In this document: piece after piece, positions 19,196 to 28,648 of the stretch
Layout: every line of letters starts with the position of its first letter
How positions within the stretch are numbered: position 1 is the first letter of the stretch
Made by a program: the position numbers and the translations under genes
The notes under the pieces: model-generated
Databases searched by the model: none
What the model was told of the DNA's origin: nothing
Seen by the model: the letters and a program-made list of their open reading frames with translations, nothing else
From: a bacterium
Lineage (GTDB): Bacteria; Patescibacteriota; Saccharimonadia; Saccharimonadales; SZUA-47
Length of the DNA: 64,000 nucleotides
Direction: 5' to 3'
NCBI GenBank assembly: GCA_030428125.1
Contig: JAUIBF010000001.1
Location: forward strand, 162,793-226,792

Positions 19196-19816
19196 TCAAA
19201 ATTCGACGTTATCTATACAATATACAAGTATTGGTCTACTAGGATCGTTGTACGGTTCCAGAGTAAGCATTACTGCAATATCAGATTCTCTACCAGTTAT
19301 TGCGTCTGGGTGTACAAACACGGCAGGTTCATTGTATATGTTGTCGTAACTGCCTTTCCAGCCAGCTTCGTCAAGGCACTTAACTCTAGGCAACCAGTCC
19401 ATGTGTCCTAGCCCCGTTACAGATGGACCATAGGTTACTGTATATGGACCTACGCTTGGGTCGTCAAAACCCGCTTCTGGAGTTAATGGATCATTATCGT
19501 GATCGTATAACGGCAGGATAACTTCATTTAAATCGGCGCCGGTTCCATTAGGAATTATATTTCTAATAAACCTTGACCTCGGGCCATAGCTATCCCCGTA
19601 CTGACTGCCAGGCAATCGGTTATTGTTATTGGTCTTGTACTCTAATAGTGCGACCAATAATCTTTGAGCGTCTGACTTCCTTTGGTGGTTTCTAGAATTT
19701 CTTTGAAGTTGAGGGATAGCTAACAGAAAGATAGCCAATATTAACCCAACGATAGCAAGGACTATTAGGACTTCTATGATTGTGAAACCCTGTGCAACAT
19801 TTTGCTTACGCTTCAT
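19196..19816 (-). CDS. Type IV pilin-like protein (prepilin N-methylation motif)
   Basis: QG|FTIIEVLIVLAIVGLI, then P.LQRNSRN.QRK.D; Cys pair in the C-terminal half. Confidence 0.88.
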   Translation of the reverse strand: MKRKQNVAQGFTIIEVLIVLAIVGLILAIFLLAIPQLQRNSRNHQRKSDAQRLLVALLEYKTNNNNRLPGSQYGDSYGPRSRFIRNIIPNGTGADLNEVILPLYDHDNDPLTPEAGFDDPSVGPYTVTYGPSVTGLGHMDWLPRVKCLDEAGWKGSYDNIYNEPAVFVHPDAITGRESDIAVMLTLEPYNDPSRPILVYCIDNVEF

Positions 19817-19895
19817 ACATATGATTATAAACTTTATAGAATAACAGTAAACAAGTTATTTTACTTTTAAACTACCAAATACAATCAATCACCAA

Positions 19896-21224
19896 TTACT
19901 TACTTGATACTTCTGCAATTTTGTTAAGTACTACCCTGGTTTCGTTATCTACTACACCCACAGTATTTCGTATAACTTGTATGGCCGATCTAGAAAAAAG
20001 AGCATCTATTAACCTTAGCTTACGTTGAAGTTCTAGTAACTCATCACAGCCTACGGTTCTGAATCCATCAGCTACCTGTGCTGCTTGTTCAACCCAGGAT
20101 TGTAGTTGCAGCAACATTTCATTTAGTCCGTCCTCACCGGATTCTCTAAATGTTTCTATCATTTTAGTAACTAACCCGAGACCGTCCGACGCGTTGTCTC
20201 CCAAGCCACTAAACTCATATACGACACCCGGAGTAACTGGAAATCGTCCCCCATTTTGAAGAACTTTTCCTAAGGTGTTTCCTTTTAATACTTTTCTGGC
20301 TACACCAGAGAACGGAATCCCAGAAAGTACGTCTGTAATAGGTGTAGTGTCTCGAGGCTCGTATACAACTTCGTCTTGTGGTGCATCCGGTACGACAATT
20401 CTAATAATACCTCTAGGTGCAGGTGTCTGTTCAGGCTCATCGCTTGGTAGCAATAATTCTTTTGGAACATTTCCTTTTTCTAAATCATGTACTCCCCTAA
20501 CAACATTAGCAAATGCGTCAGCAAGATTAATAACACCTATCCTCTCAGGGGCCTCCGTTGCCAGGACCCTGGTTATTAATGGTATTCCTCTCTGTAGCTT
20601 CTTCAGATCTGTTAATGAAAATGTATTGTTGATATTTTCTATTGGCTTATTGAATAAATAGGTGCCTAAATATCTTAGACTGTCTAACTGTGCTTCCGTT
20701 TCGACCGAGAAATTTCTAAATATGTAATCCAAGGCTCTTCTTTCGGAAAAACCACCCAGTTTGCTTGCATTACCTGTTGCTCGGAATAACCCAGAAACAC
20801 CAATCATTCCTGAATGTACAGCAGCCGTAGTTCTGTGTGATTCTATGTCGCCTTCTGTATCAGCGTCGTAGAATCCGTTATATACTTCTGTTTCTGGATC
20901 GTATGGGTCATCATGAATACCTAGTAACATTAGCTTGGTAAATGTTGATCCCATATCTGGAATTCTGAATACTTCATCAACTTCGCCAAGTAATCTAATC
21001 GCTTCAGCACGATTATCATTAAACATTGATACAACTCTATGCCCAGTGGGCCTCAATAAATCCCTTAATCCTTCAGCTTGTATGTCTGGATCGACAAACA
21101 TCTCCATATCATGAGAGAACTCAGCGAGCATATCTAGTTGATCTCTAGACCCATACGGTGGTATTTCTAGTTCTGCCGGTAAAGCCATAGCTACGAAATA
21201 TACGCCCAAATCTAATATTTGCAA
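19896..21224 (-). CDS. Hypothetical protein (likely start 21188, MALPAE)
   Basis: Long 442-codon ORF with no recognisable motif; lysine-poor. Confidence 0.65.
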   Translation of the reverse strand: MQILDLGVYFVAMALPAELEIPPYGSRDQLDMLAEFSHDMEMFVDPDIQAEGLRDLLRPTGHRVVSMFNDNRAEAIRLLGEVDEVFRIPDMGSTFTKLMLLGIHDDPYDPETEVYNGFYDADTEGDIESHRTTAAVHSGMIGVSGLFRATGNASKLGGFSERRALDYIFRNFSVETEAQLDSLRYLGTYLFNKPIENINNTFSLTDLKKLQRGIPLITRVLATEAPERIGVINLADAFANVVRGVHDLEKGNVPKELLLPSDEPEQTPAPRGIIRIVVPDAPQDEVVYEPRDTTPITDVLSGIPFSGVARKVLKGNTLGKVLQNGGRFPVTPGVVYEFSGLGDNASDGLGLVTKMIETFRESGEDGLNEMLLQLQSWVEQAAQVADGFRTVGCDELLELQRKLRLIDALFSRSAIQVIRNTVGVVDNETRVVLNKIAEVSSK

Positions 21225-21272
21225 GCGTTAGCAATTTTATTAGGTTGAATAATCAAGTAAAATTCATCTGAA

Positions 21273-21725
21273 ATGATTGATACTTCGAACCCGGTTGAAA
21301 GACTGGAGTGGAACATGCGTTATCTGGAAAGAAGAGGTGGTCACGATAATGATTTTAATCGTGCAATGACCAGCGTATTTAGTGAGTTTGAAACCTCTCC
21401 CTGTCTAAGTATTCCGTTTGATCATAGACCTATATATCCTGCAGGCTGGGGCTATGAACCACAATTGCCTCACGTGGCAAAAATACTGGGATGTGTTAAC
21501 GGGCTTAACAGGGATCTAGTAGTCCCATCACCGTTTAGTAGAGATTCACAAACACATAGATTGGTTGGGTTACAAAGAACTCCAACTAGTGAAATAGATG
21601 GCAATATTAAAGGTGCTAGACTTGACATTGGTGTTAAAGCTTCTGATGTAGTCTTTAGTATTTTTACCGACTGGTCAAGAATATACAACGACGGTCGCTT
21701 ATCTCAATTTATTGTTAGTAGGTAA
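21273..21725 (+). CDS. Hypothetical lysine-poor protein
   Basis: 150-aa ORF divergent from the previous gene. Confidence 0.5.
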   Translation: MIDTSNPVERLEWNMRYLERRGGHDNDFNRAMTSVFSEFETSPCLSIPFDHRPIYPAGWGYEPQLPHVAKILGCVNGLNRDLVVPSPFSRDSQTHRLVGLQRTPTSEIDGNIKGARLDIGVKASDVVFSIFTDWSRIYNDGRLSQFIVSR

Positions 21726-21745
21726 TTAATTTATAATCGACATCA

Positions 21746-21901
21746 ATGAACGAAATAAAATGCTCAGAAAAAATGGTGTTTGACACTAAAAAAGAAGCAG
21801 AAGATTCCTTGGCTGTTGTTGAGTATCAGCGAGGAATAAAATTAAAAGCATATAAGTGTAAAGGGTGTAAGCTATGGCATCTAGCTAGCAGTTATAAGTA
21901 A
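21746..21901 (+). CDS. Small putative Zn-binding protein (51 aa, not in ORF track)
   Basis: MNEIKCSEKMVFDTKKEAE...AYKCKGCKLWHLASSYK* has a C...CxxC...H pattern; TATAAT lies just upstream. Confidence 0.7.
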   Translation: MNEIKCSEKMVFDTKKEAEDSLAVVEYQRGIKLKAYKCKGCKLWHLASSYK

Positions 21902-22068
21902 AAAATCCGACACGTCAAATTTATTTGGTGGCTCCTACCAGGACCACTAAATCCAAATCTATGTGCCGAGTACAATCGGGCATGAGACTTGGATGCGAAC
22001 TTGCAGTCCGAGCCACTGATAAGTAATCAGTCCACGAAAAAAGCCCAAGTAAACTTGGACTTCTTTCG

Positions 22069-22144
22069 TGGTGGCTCCTCCCAGACTCGAACTGGGGACA
22101 CAAGGCTCTTCAGGCCTCTGCTCTACCAACTGAGCTAAAGAGCC
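22069..22144 (-). tRNA. tRNA-Phe (GAA)
   Basis: Cloverleaf: GGCTCTT/AGGAGCC acceptor, gaggc-ct-GAA-ga-gcctt, cccag-ttcgagt-ctggg, CCA. Confidence 0.95.
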
Positions 22145-22249
22145 ACGCTAAGGTGTTATATTAGCAGAAAATTAGTTTTTTGAACAGTGGCAATATGCGT
22201 TTTGTCTGAGAATTTTTGTGAGCTACAATACTATCGAGTGTATGTGGGT

Positions 22250-23815
22250 ATGAAGAGAGTATTAAAAAGCATTCGCAAGTCAATAAAAAAAGCCACTCCG
22301 GTTCAGCGTGGGGTTATCTTTTCAGTGGCTTTTGCGTTGCTAGGCACGGCTTTGCTTTTAACCACCAGAGCAGCAATGGATGCGGCTCATTTTTTATTTG
22401 AGTCCGAATCATCACAACACAGTGGAGCAGTGGCAACAAAAGCTGATTCTAATGCGTCTAATGGCGTATATGTAGAATTTGGGTCGTCAAATCCAGTGGG
22501 TACTGCCACATCGGTTAATCAGTGGGGTATAACTTGGAATTTTGACAGAGCTTATCCAGTAGGCCAGTTTGCAAACGGTGACTGGTGGGTTGTGGGACCG
22601 GTAACTATCGTAAGCATAACACCATACTCTAGCAGTGGTCGTAGTGGAGTGGAGCTTAATCCGAGTAATTATGTGAACCAACCCTATGATAGTCGCATAG
22701 CTCACTACGATGATTCTCTGGTGTTTAATGTGCCGTCAGAAGTCTCGCCAGGTAGCTCGGTTGTAAAGTCAATAAGCAGACCGAATGATATACCGGTTTA
22801 TAGCGATGGTTGTCGACCCTGCCTAGAAACAGCCGCTGTTTTAACCGTAGTGGAATCGATTCCTCCAGACGGAGGTTCGACGGTATTTAGACCTCCTTAT
22901 TTCGGCACGGAGAAACCCTATTACAGTATTTATGATCTGAATATGGACCTCTTGCCTTCTCTCTCTCCGGTCGGCACGCCACCAACACTTGCAGAAACAG
23001 CTAATCGGTTTGCTAGAGTTCAGCTCGACCATCAAATTGGCTGGCAGTCTAGGGCGTTACATCCCGAGGACAACATGCCAGCCTACGGTGGTGATGTTGG
23101 TAGGGTAACCGGTGAGTCTGTGCTGAGGCTCATGCTCAGTGATAGCGAAGAAGATAAAATGGATGCCATCATTAAATATGTTCAAGGCGGTATCGACAGG
23201 TATCACATGATGAAAAACGGCACGTATTGGGAAGAAAACGGTGGCCATATGAACGGCCGTAAGATATCCGTTGTTTTTGCAGCTGTAATGTTGGAAAACG
23301 ACCAAATGAAAAGCGATATCATGAATGCGCCGGACAAAACTTTTAGTGAAGATCAGCAAATATACTTCAGCCAAGTAGCAAATAATGGTGAGGGGATGTC
23401 TCTTTGGGGGATACAGTGTGCTGAGTCTGTGTATTGGCAGAGGATTACCTCTGGTAGTGGTCCACGAACATGTGCCGACCCTTATGGACTAGTAGACGGT
23501 GGTGGCGCAGAAATTGGTGGCGCTTATCAGTATTGCTGTACTTCCAAAATGTTCAAGTCGCATGCTTTAGCGCAACATCTAATGCCAGAAATTAAAGAGG
23601 TTTGGGACCATTCACCTTTCCTAGATTATGTAGATCGATGGGTAAATCATGGTGTGTGGGCGGCACCAGATAATTGTGCGCTAACTCCACCTAGTAGTTA
23701 CAACGGAAACTGTGTACCCGGTTCTGGTAGGTGGACTGATCAGCATGGCGAGAAGGCAGACGAAGGGGGTTATGGGTCAGAGTTTGCAAATGCCATGTGG
23801 GCTGCTTATAGATAG
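22250..23815 (+). CDS. Secreted/anchored protein, possibly carbohydrate-active (Trp/Tyr/Cys-rich, helical C-terminal domain)
   Basis: Basic N-terminus plus TM; short CBM-like FESES...DSNASNGVYVEF module; GQFANGDWWVVGP domain. Listed ORF opens at 22187. Confidence 0.6.
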   Translation: MKRVLKSIRKSIKKATPVQRGVIFSVAFALLGTALLLTTRAAMDAAHFLFESESSQHSGAVATKADSNASNGVYVEFGSSNPVGTATSVNQWGITWNFDRAYPVGQFANGDWWVVGPVTIVSITPYSSSGRSGVELNPSNYVNQPYDSRIAHYDDSLVFNVPSEVSPGSSVVKSISRPNDIPVYSDGCRPCLETAAVLTVVESIPPDGGSTVFRPPYFGTEKPYYSIYDLNMDLLPSLSPVGTPPTLAETANRFARVQLDHQIGWQSRALHPEDNMPAYGGDVGRVTGESVLRLMLSDSEEDKMDAIIKYVQGGIDRYHMMKNGTYWEENGGHMNGRKISVVFAAVMLENDQMKSDIMNAPDKTFSEDQQIYFSQVANNGEGMSLWGIQCAESVYWQRITSGSGPRTCADPYGLVDGGGAEIGGAYQYCCTSKMFKSHALAQHLMPEIKEVWDHSPFLDYVDRWVNHGVWAAPDNCALTPPSSYNGNCVPGSGRWTDQHGEKADEGGYGSEFANAMWAAYR

Positions 23816-23861
23816 TTTTGCGATATGGCGCAAGGCATTGTCAGTTATCTGTAAGGCAATT

Positions 23862-24128
23862 TTATTTCAAGGATGCTAAGTCATCTAGGTCGTAGCTATT
23901 TCTAATAAAACTTTCAACCGATCCACCGCCTGTATCCAATAACCATTCGGTGTATCTTTCTGAAAATCTTATAAAACCGTTAATAATTACATCTGAAGCT
24001 GACGAGATGCTCAGAATATCAAAAGCTACGTCCTCTAATTATCTAGGGATAAGGCCTTCGTGATAGGAATCTTGCAATAATTCACGTACCGAATAATGTC
24101 CTTCTGCCCATCTGTCGTACTCGCCCAT
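23862..24128 (-). pseudogene. Small hypothetical gene interrupted by one in-frame TAA
   Basis: MGEYDRWAEG...LIPR*LEDVAF...DLASLK*; stop at 24039-24041 with the same frame open on both sides. Confidence 0.45.
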
Positions 24129-24185
24129 ATTTAACTAATTTTAAAACAATACTGCATGAAAGTAAAATGTGGATAAGCAGGCTCA

Positions 24186-25472
24186 TTGGTAGTACACTTT
24201 TGGTGGAAGGTCAGACAAGAAATGGTAAGTTTGCCAATAGAAGAAGTTTGGTTCAGAAAACTAATATCGTTTTCAATTTTAATTGGTTTTGTTGGTGGTG
24301 CATGTGCTCTGTTTTATACGGCCGTTACTGCCACACCGATAGATTGGATTTTTGGTCCACCGCTGAATGGGTTGTTGGCTGGTTCCTGGTGGTGGATTTT
24401 GATTACAGCAATCGGAGGGGCATTGGTGGTGTACTTCCGAAAGCGATGGAAGATACCCGACGATTTGCCAGGTGCAATAGAAATCGGCCAAAGAGCAATC
24501 ATTGACATAAAGGACGTGCCGAAACTTGTATTCATATCTGTGATTTCTTTGGTGTTTGGGGCTTCGTTAGGGCCTTCGTACGGAATAGTCACCCTAGGTG
24601 GAGGTTTCGGGTCGTATGTTTATCATCGACTAAAACTTCAATCCAGAAACAAAGATGTAGAAAAAGAATTTACAAGGACAGGCATGTCAAGTAGCTTGGG
24701 TTCAGTCTTCACAGATCCACTTTTAGGTACTTTATTTACGGTCGAATTGTCTCCGTCAAAAAAGAATCAACTTGCTTCCTCGTTACCTCAACTAATCGCC
24801 GCGAGTTTAGGGTTTTTGTTGTTCTATGGGGTGACGGGCACAACGATTCAGAAGCTGTACCTATTGCCCGAGTATGATTTTAATCAGGTGCACCTGCTAT
24901 TGGGTGCAGTGTTAGGAGTAACATCAGTTTTAGTTCTGATGCTCTTTGCGTTAATTGGGATTGTTGCGAAGAAATTGATGGCTTTACTTGGCAACGGATA
25001 TATAAAAGGAATAGTAGGTGGTGGCTTGGTGGGGCTATTATCCTTCGTTGTGCCGCTGACGTTTGGCTCAGGGAACAGTCAGCTAAACTTTGCTACAACA
25101 GAATTTGCAAGCTTTAGTACAGGGTTTCTGCTACTGGTTTTTGTAATCAAAATGTTTAGTATTTCCATAAGTCAAAGCAGTGGATTTTTAGGGGGGAATG
25201 TCTTCCCGACACTATTCATTGGTGGAATAAGTGGAATGTTTATTCATAGTCTGTTTCCCAGCATACCTCCAGCGCTAAGCGTTAGTGCAATGATGGCTGC
25301 AGTTCCTGGAGCGACACTGTCAACTCCTTTGAGTATTATCCTTGTAGCCATCTTAGGGGTAGGCGTAGGGACAAATCAAATACCGCCAGTAATTATTGCA
25401 GTCGTAGTTGCGCAACTTACATTGGTAGCTTTGAGATATCTAAAAAAGAGAAAGCAAATAATCAAAGCCTGA
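24186..25472 (+). CDS. ClC-family chloride channel protein (YfeO/EriC-like)
   Basis: Multi-TM protein with GASLGP, PLLG.LF.VE, GSGN and GFLGGNVFP motifs. Confidence 0.8.
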   Translation: MVVHFWWKVRQEMVSLPIEEVWFRKLISFSILIGFVGGACALFYTAVTATPIDWIFGPPLNGLLAGSWWWILITAIGGALVVYFRKRWKIPDDLPGAIEIGQRAIIDIKDVPKLVFISVISLVFGASLGPSYGIVTLGGGFGSYVYHRLKLQSRNKDVEKEFTRTGMSSSLGSVFTDPLLGTLFTVELSPSKKNQLASSLPQLIAASLGFLLFYGVTGTTIQKLYLLPEYDFNQVHLLLGAVLGVTSVLVLMLFALIGIVAKKLMALLGNGYIKGIVGGGLVGLLSFVVPLTFGSGNSQLNFATTEFASFSTGFLLLVFVIKMFSISISQSSGFLGGNVFPTLFIGGISGMFIHSLFPSIPPALSVSAMMAAVPGATLSTPLSIILVAILGVGVGTNQIPPVIIAVVVAQLTLVALRYLKKRKQIIKA

Positions 25473-25524
25473 TAACATCTGTTGCAGAGTAACGCTGGTT
25501 TAAGATATAATTACCTACTGATAT

Positions 25525-25601
25525 GCGGGTGTAGCTCAGTTGTTTAGAGCGCATCCTTGCCAAGGATGAGGTCGAGAGTTAGAGTCTCTTCACCCGCACC
25601 A
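25525..25601 (+). tRNA. tRNA-Gly (GCC), integration target
   Basis: GCGGGTG/CACCCGC acceptor; catcc-tt-GCC-aa-ggatg; CCA; TATAAT upstream. Confidence 0.92.
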
Positions 25602-27238
25602 TCAACGAAATCATCGTCATTAACGAACCCATCCCAGGGTTCGTTTAGTTTATAAGTAACCTTTGACCCCTTATAAGTACCGTCTTGGACCGGCGTAATT
25701 GTGAAATTAGAGAAGAAAATTCTTAGCAATTCGTCCATTGCCTTCATGTCGCGAATTTTGCTAAGGATAACAGGGGTGAGTTTTAGAAGTTTGAGATAAT
25801 CTTCAAAAGTTGGGATTGCGTCATCAACCTGCTTTCTTAGCAGCTGAGCTTTTTTGTAATCCCTCTTAAGGTTAGTGATTTCTTTTTTGTTCTTGCCCAA
25901 ATCGTAGTGGTCTTTCATCTCAGGGCTTTCAAGTATTAGGTCTTTTATCTTCTGATACGAAGTCTCTTTATTCGCGAGAACTCGCTTAAGTCTTGCAATG
26001 TCACTGTCAAACTCAGCAGTCTTTCTTTTTGCCTCTTTCTTTGCGGATTTAAGGTAATACTGGTAGTTGCTCTTTGTTATGAAAAGATGCTGTCTGAAGA
26101 AGTGTTGAGCCTCGTCAATAACAAGACCAGCGCGAGCAGATTTATTCCGCATGACACAGTTTTCCGTTTCGCATTTGTAGTAATATCGCGCATGTAAAAC
26201 CTCGCCAGTTTCTTTGTCTCTCTTGGGTACTAGCATTGATGTAAGAGACTTTTTGCATTTACCGCAGTAGACCATGCCTCTCAGCAGGTCAGCTTGTATA
26301 TTGCCGCCCTTAGGTCTATTGATAGCAAGAATTTTTGCGTCTCTTAGGTCATCTATCTTATTAATCTGTAAAAATTCATCAACAGACACCACTGGTTCAA
26401 AGTTGTATGCATCAACTAGGTTAGTCAGATTTTTACCCCACTTATGAACTCCGGCATAATGTGGGTCGCGTAGCATCTTAGACACATCGTCTTTGTCCCA
26501 TACATGGCTCACATATTTGCCGCCAGGGAGCTTTTGGACCGTATATTCCTGCTTATTTATCCAAATGCGGATATCTTTCTGCGACTTGCCGCCAAGAGCC
26601 ATCTCAAACATGTGTTGTATCTTGGCAAAGTTAAGCGGATCAGGTCTAAAATAGCGTTTCTCGTCAACTACATAGCCGTGCTTAAACTTACCTATAAATT
26701 CAGCATCTTCAACAGCCCGTCTGTTGCCTCTATCTACCGACTCCGATAGGTGTTCTGAGTATTGTTTTGCCATGACAAAAGTAATGCCAAGTAGCATCTT
26801 GCCAGCAGGAGTGTTTTCAAAAGTGAAAGTTGCAAATCGCAAATCCTTTATAAGGCCTCTGTCTACTAGGTCTATAATTGCGCCAGCCTCTTTCATGTTG
26901 CGAGAGAGTCGGTCTGGATGCCATGCTATAACTCCCTCTATACGACCACTTTCAATTTCTTTTATTAGTGCATTAAACTCATCTCTAAGATCGGCTACTT
27001 TTGCCGAATAACTTTCTTGGTAAATCTTTACGACATTGAGGCTGTTTGGCGTGACAACCTTTTCCATGCACTCCTTCACCTGATCTTCTATAGATGAAGC
27101 CTGTCTATCCTCGCTAGTCGTAGACTTACGTGCATACAGAGCGTAGCGTATCAGCTCAGGATTAATCTCCCTAGGGTCTTTATCTTGTCCTGCCTGCAAC
27201 ATCTCCAGCAGTTGTTGGGTGCTTTTACTATCTGCCAT
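25544..27238 (-). CDS. Large serine recombinase (integrase)
   Basis: Catalytic YARKST; R..F..L; WHPDRLSRN; SEHLSESV.RG; recombinase domain; Zn ribbon CGKC...YYKC; coiled coil. The 3' end overlaps tRNA-Gly antisense. Confidence 0.92.
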   Translation of the reverse strand: MADSKSTQQLLEMLQAGQDKDPREINPELIRYALYARKSTTSEDRQASSIEDQVKECMEKVVTPNSLNVVKIYQESYSAKVADLRDEFNALIKEIESGRIEGVIAWHPDRLSRNMKEAGAIIDLVDRGLIKDLRFATFTFENTPAGKMLLGITFVMAKQYSEHLSESVDRGNRRAVEDAEFIGKFKHGYVVDEKRYFRPDPLNFAKIQHMFEMALGGKSQKDIRIWINKQEYTVQKLPGGKYVSHVWDKDDVSKMLRDPHYAGVHKWGKNLTNLVDAYNFEPVVSVDEFLQINKIDDLRDAKILAINRPKGGNIQADLLRGMVYCGKCKKSLTSMLVPKRDKETGEVLHARYYYKCETENCVMRNKSARAGLVIDEAQHFFRQHLFITKSNYQYYLKSAKKEAKRKTAEFDSDIARLKRVLANKETSYQKIKDLILESPEMKDHYDLGKNKKEITNLKRDYKKAQLLRKQVDDAIPTFEDYLKLLKLTPVILSKIRDMKAMDELLRIFFSNFTITPVQDGTYKGSKVTYKLNEPWDGFVNDDDFVDGAGEETLTLDLILGKDAL

Positions 27239-27638
27239 ATAAACAGTATATAAGTTTTAAAGCCCATAGTTAGAGCTAGATCAGGCTATTATCTTATAAG
27301 ATGATTTTTGTGCCATTTTTAACAAGGTAAGGTTTTGATTGCGCCTCGGACTCAGCATACACAGATAGGATACTGAGAAGCGCCACCACACCAAAATCAA
27401 GGTTATTCTGTAGAGAAACGGGCATCCCAACAACTCCTTGAAGTTTTCACTTCAGTTAGCCGCTCATAAGCCCGTTTTTTGCCGAGTCGTCCTCGTAATA
27501 CTTATTGATTTGGTTCTATGCGCCTTGCCCCAGTCTTTTTAGTGGGTCGTCTCCACGATGGCTGCTACATAAAACACGGAGTTTATTATTAAGGTACTTT
27601 CTAGTATCTTTTGTCAGTCCGGTATAGTCAAGCCAGCA

Positions 27639-28046
27639 CTATAGTCGCTTGGGTATAGTTAATACTATGTTTACTTCACCATCTTCAATTTCATACTCAC
27701 CCCAACAACTTACTGTTTTACCTGAATTAACTAAAGCCGCAATCTGTGTGGCAGTCGGCTTTCCCTCGTAGGCTACATAGCCCAGCCAATTCTTGCTAGT
27801 TGTTTCCGTGCTTGGATAGTTGTTTACGTTATAAAACTCGCCATTAGGCCAACCCTTACTGATTTGGAAGTTATTTTTGGGACTAAGCGAAAAACGAATT
27901 GGAGTATTTAATTCCAAGGAAGCTGATTGATTTTTTCTCCATACCTCCCCCTGAACATGAACCCTTATCGGACCTTTTGGAACTTCTACGGTTTCTTCGG
28001 CGGGTGCATCATCCTTACCGATTAATTTTTTTAGTTTAGATAACAT
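27639..28046 (-). CDS. Hypothetical island protein, weak HIRAN-like similarity
   Basis: aagggg SD before MLSKLKK; V.V.GE and WLGYVA motifs. Listed ORF extends to 28157. Confidence 0.45.
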   Translation of the reverse strand: MLSKLKKLIGKDDAPAEETVEVPKGPIRVHVQGEVWRKNQSASLELNTPIRFSLSPKNNFQISKGWPNGEFYNVNNYPSTETTSKNWLGYVAYEGKPTATQIAALVNSGKTVSCWGEYEIEDGEVNIVLTIPKRL

Positions 28047-28462
28047 ACATTTCCCCTTCATTGGTTGATGAAGCGGGTCAATAAAAAAAAGGACAACCCG
28101 CAGGTTGTCTAAAACCAGTACCAGCTTACGCCGAATACTTTTACGCGAGTTGCCCATTTTTTGGCATAAACACGCAAAATGCGATATTTGATACTGGTTT
28201 TAGACTATTTCATTATACCAATCATCTTAGTTTTCAGTAGTTTTTGCTATTTGGTCAATAGACCCCCAAAAATTCGCCATTGCTATTTTTGCTCAGAAAA
28301 ACGCTTGTCAAAATCGGCCCCGAAAATTCGGCATTTATACAGCGGAGTCCCGGCAACAGGGGTGGAGGGCAACTTCCCCCCTAGTATTGGAAAATCCAAT
28401 ACTAGGGGAAATTAAAACTCCTTATGCTATGGGTTTAGTGCTGCTAGGCGTAAAATTGAAGT

Positions 28463-28648
28463 ATGTCAGACATTGAAAAAGAAGTATTGCATAAATTTAA
28501 AACCGAACTTTCGGGGATTGATAAGATTTCCCAGCAATTGTCTGATGCGCTTTGCGTAGAACTTGAAAAAGACTCACCCAGCGTAGAGACGTTGATGAGC
28601 ATAATTCAGCTGAAAAAGGGGTTTATTTCCGATGATAAAGCTGGGTGA
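28463..28648 (+). CDS. Small helical protein translationally coupled to the SMC-like ATPase
   Basis: Leaderless TAAAAT-6nt-ATG start; overlaps the next start by 17 nt. Confidence 0.6.
   Translation: MSDIEKEVLHKFKTELSGIDKISQQLSDALCVELEKDSPSVETLMSIIQLKKGFISDDKAG

Noticed and set aside
21921-22103. 60-aa ORF through tRNA-Phe (likewise 49584-49766 through tRNA-Leu)
   Set aside because: Spurious translations of tRNA sequence.
24039-24041. Stop-codon reassignment or alternative genetic code
   Set aside because: A single case; TAA, TAG and TGA all terminate conserved genes in this window.
27240-27630. Hidden RDF/excisionase gene upstream of the integrase
   Set aside because: I found no convincing ORF by eye, only weak hairpins; a very small gene cannot be excluded.
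28179-28415. 78-aa ORF in the island centre
   Set aside because: Runs through direct and inverted repeats (PKIRH twice) and is better explained as non-coding structure.
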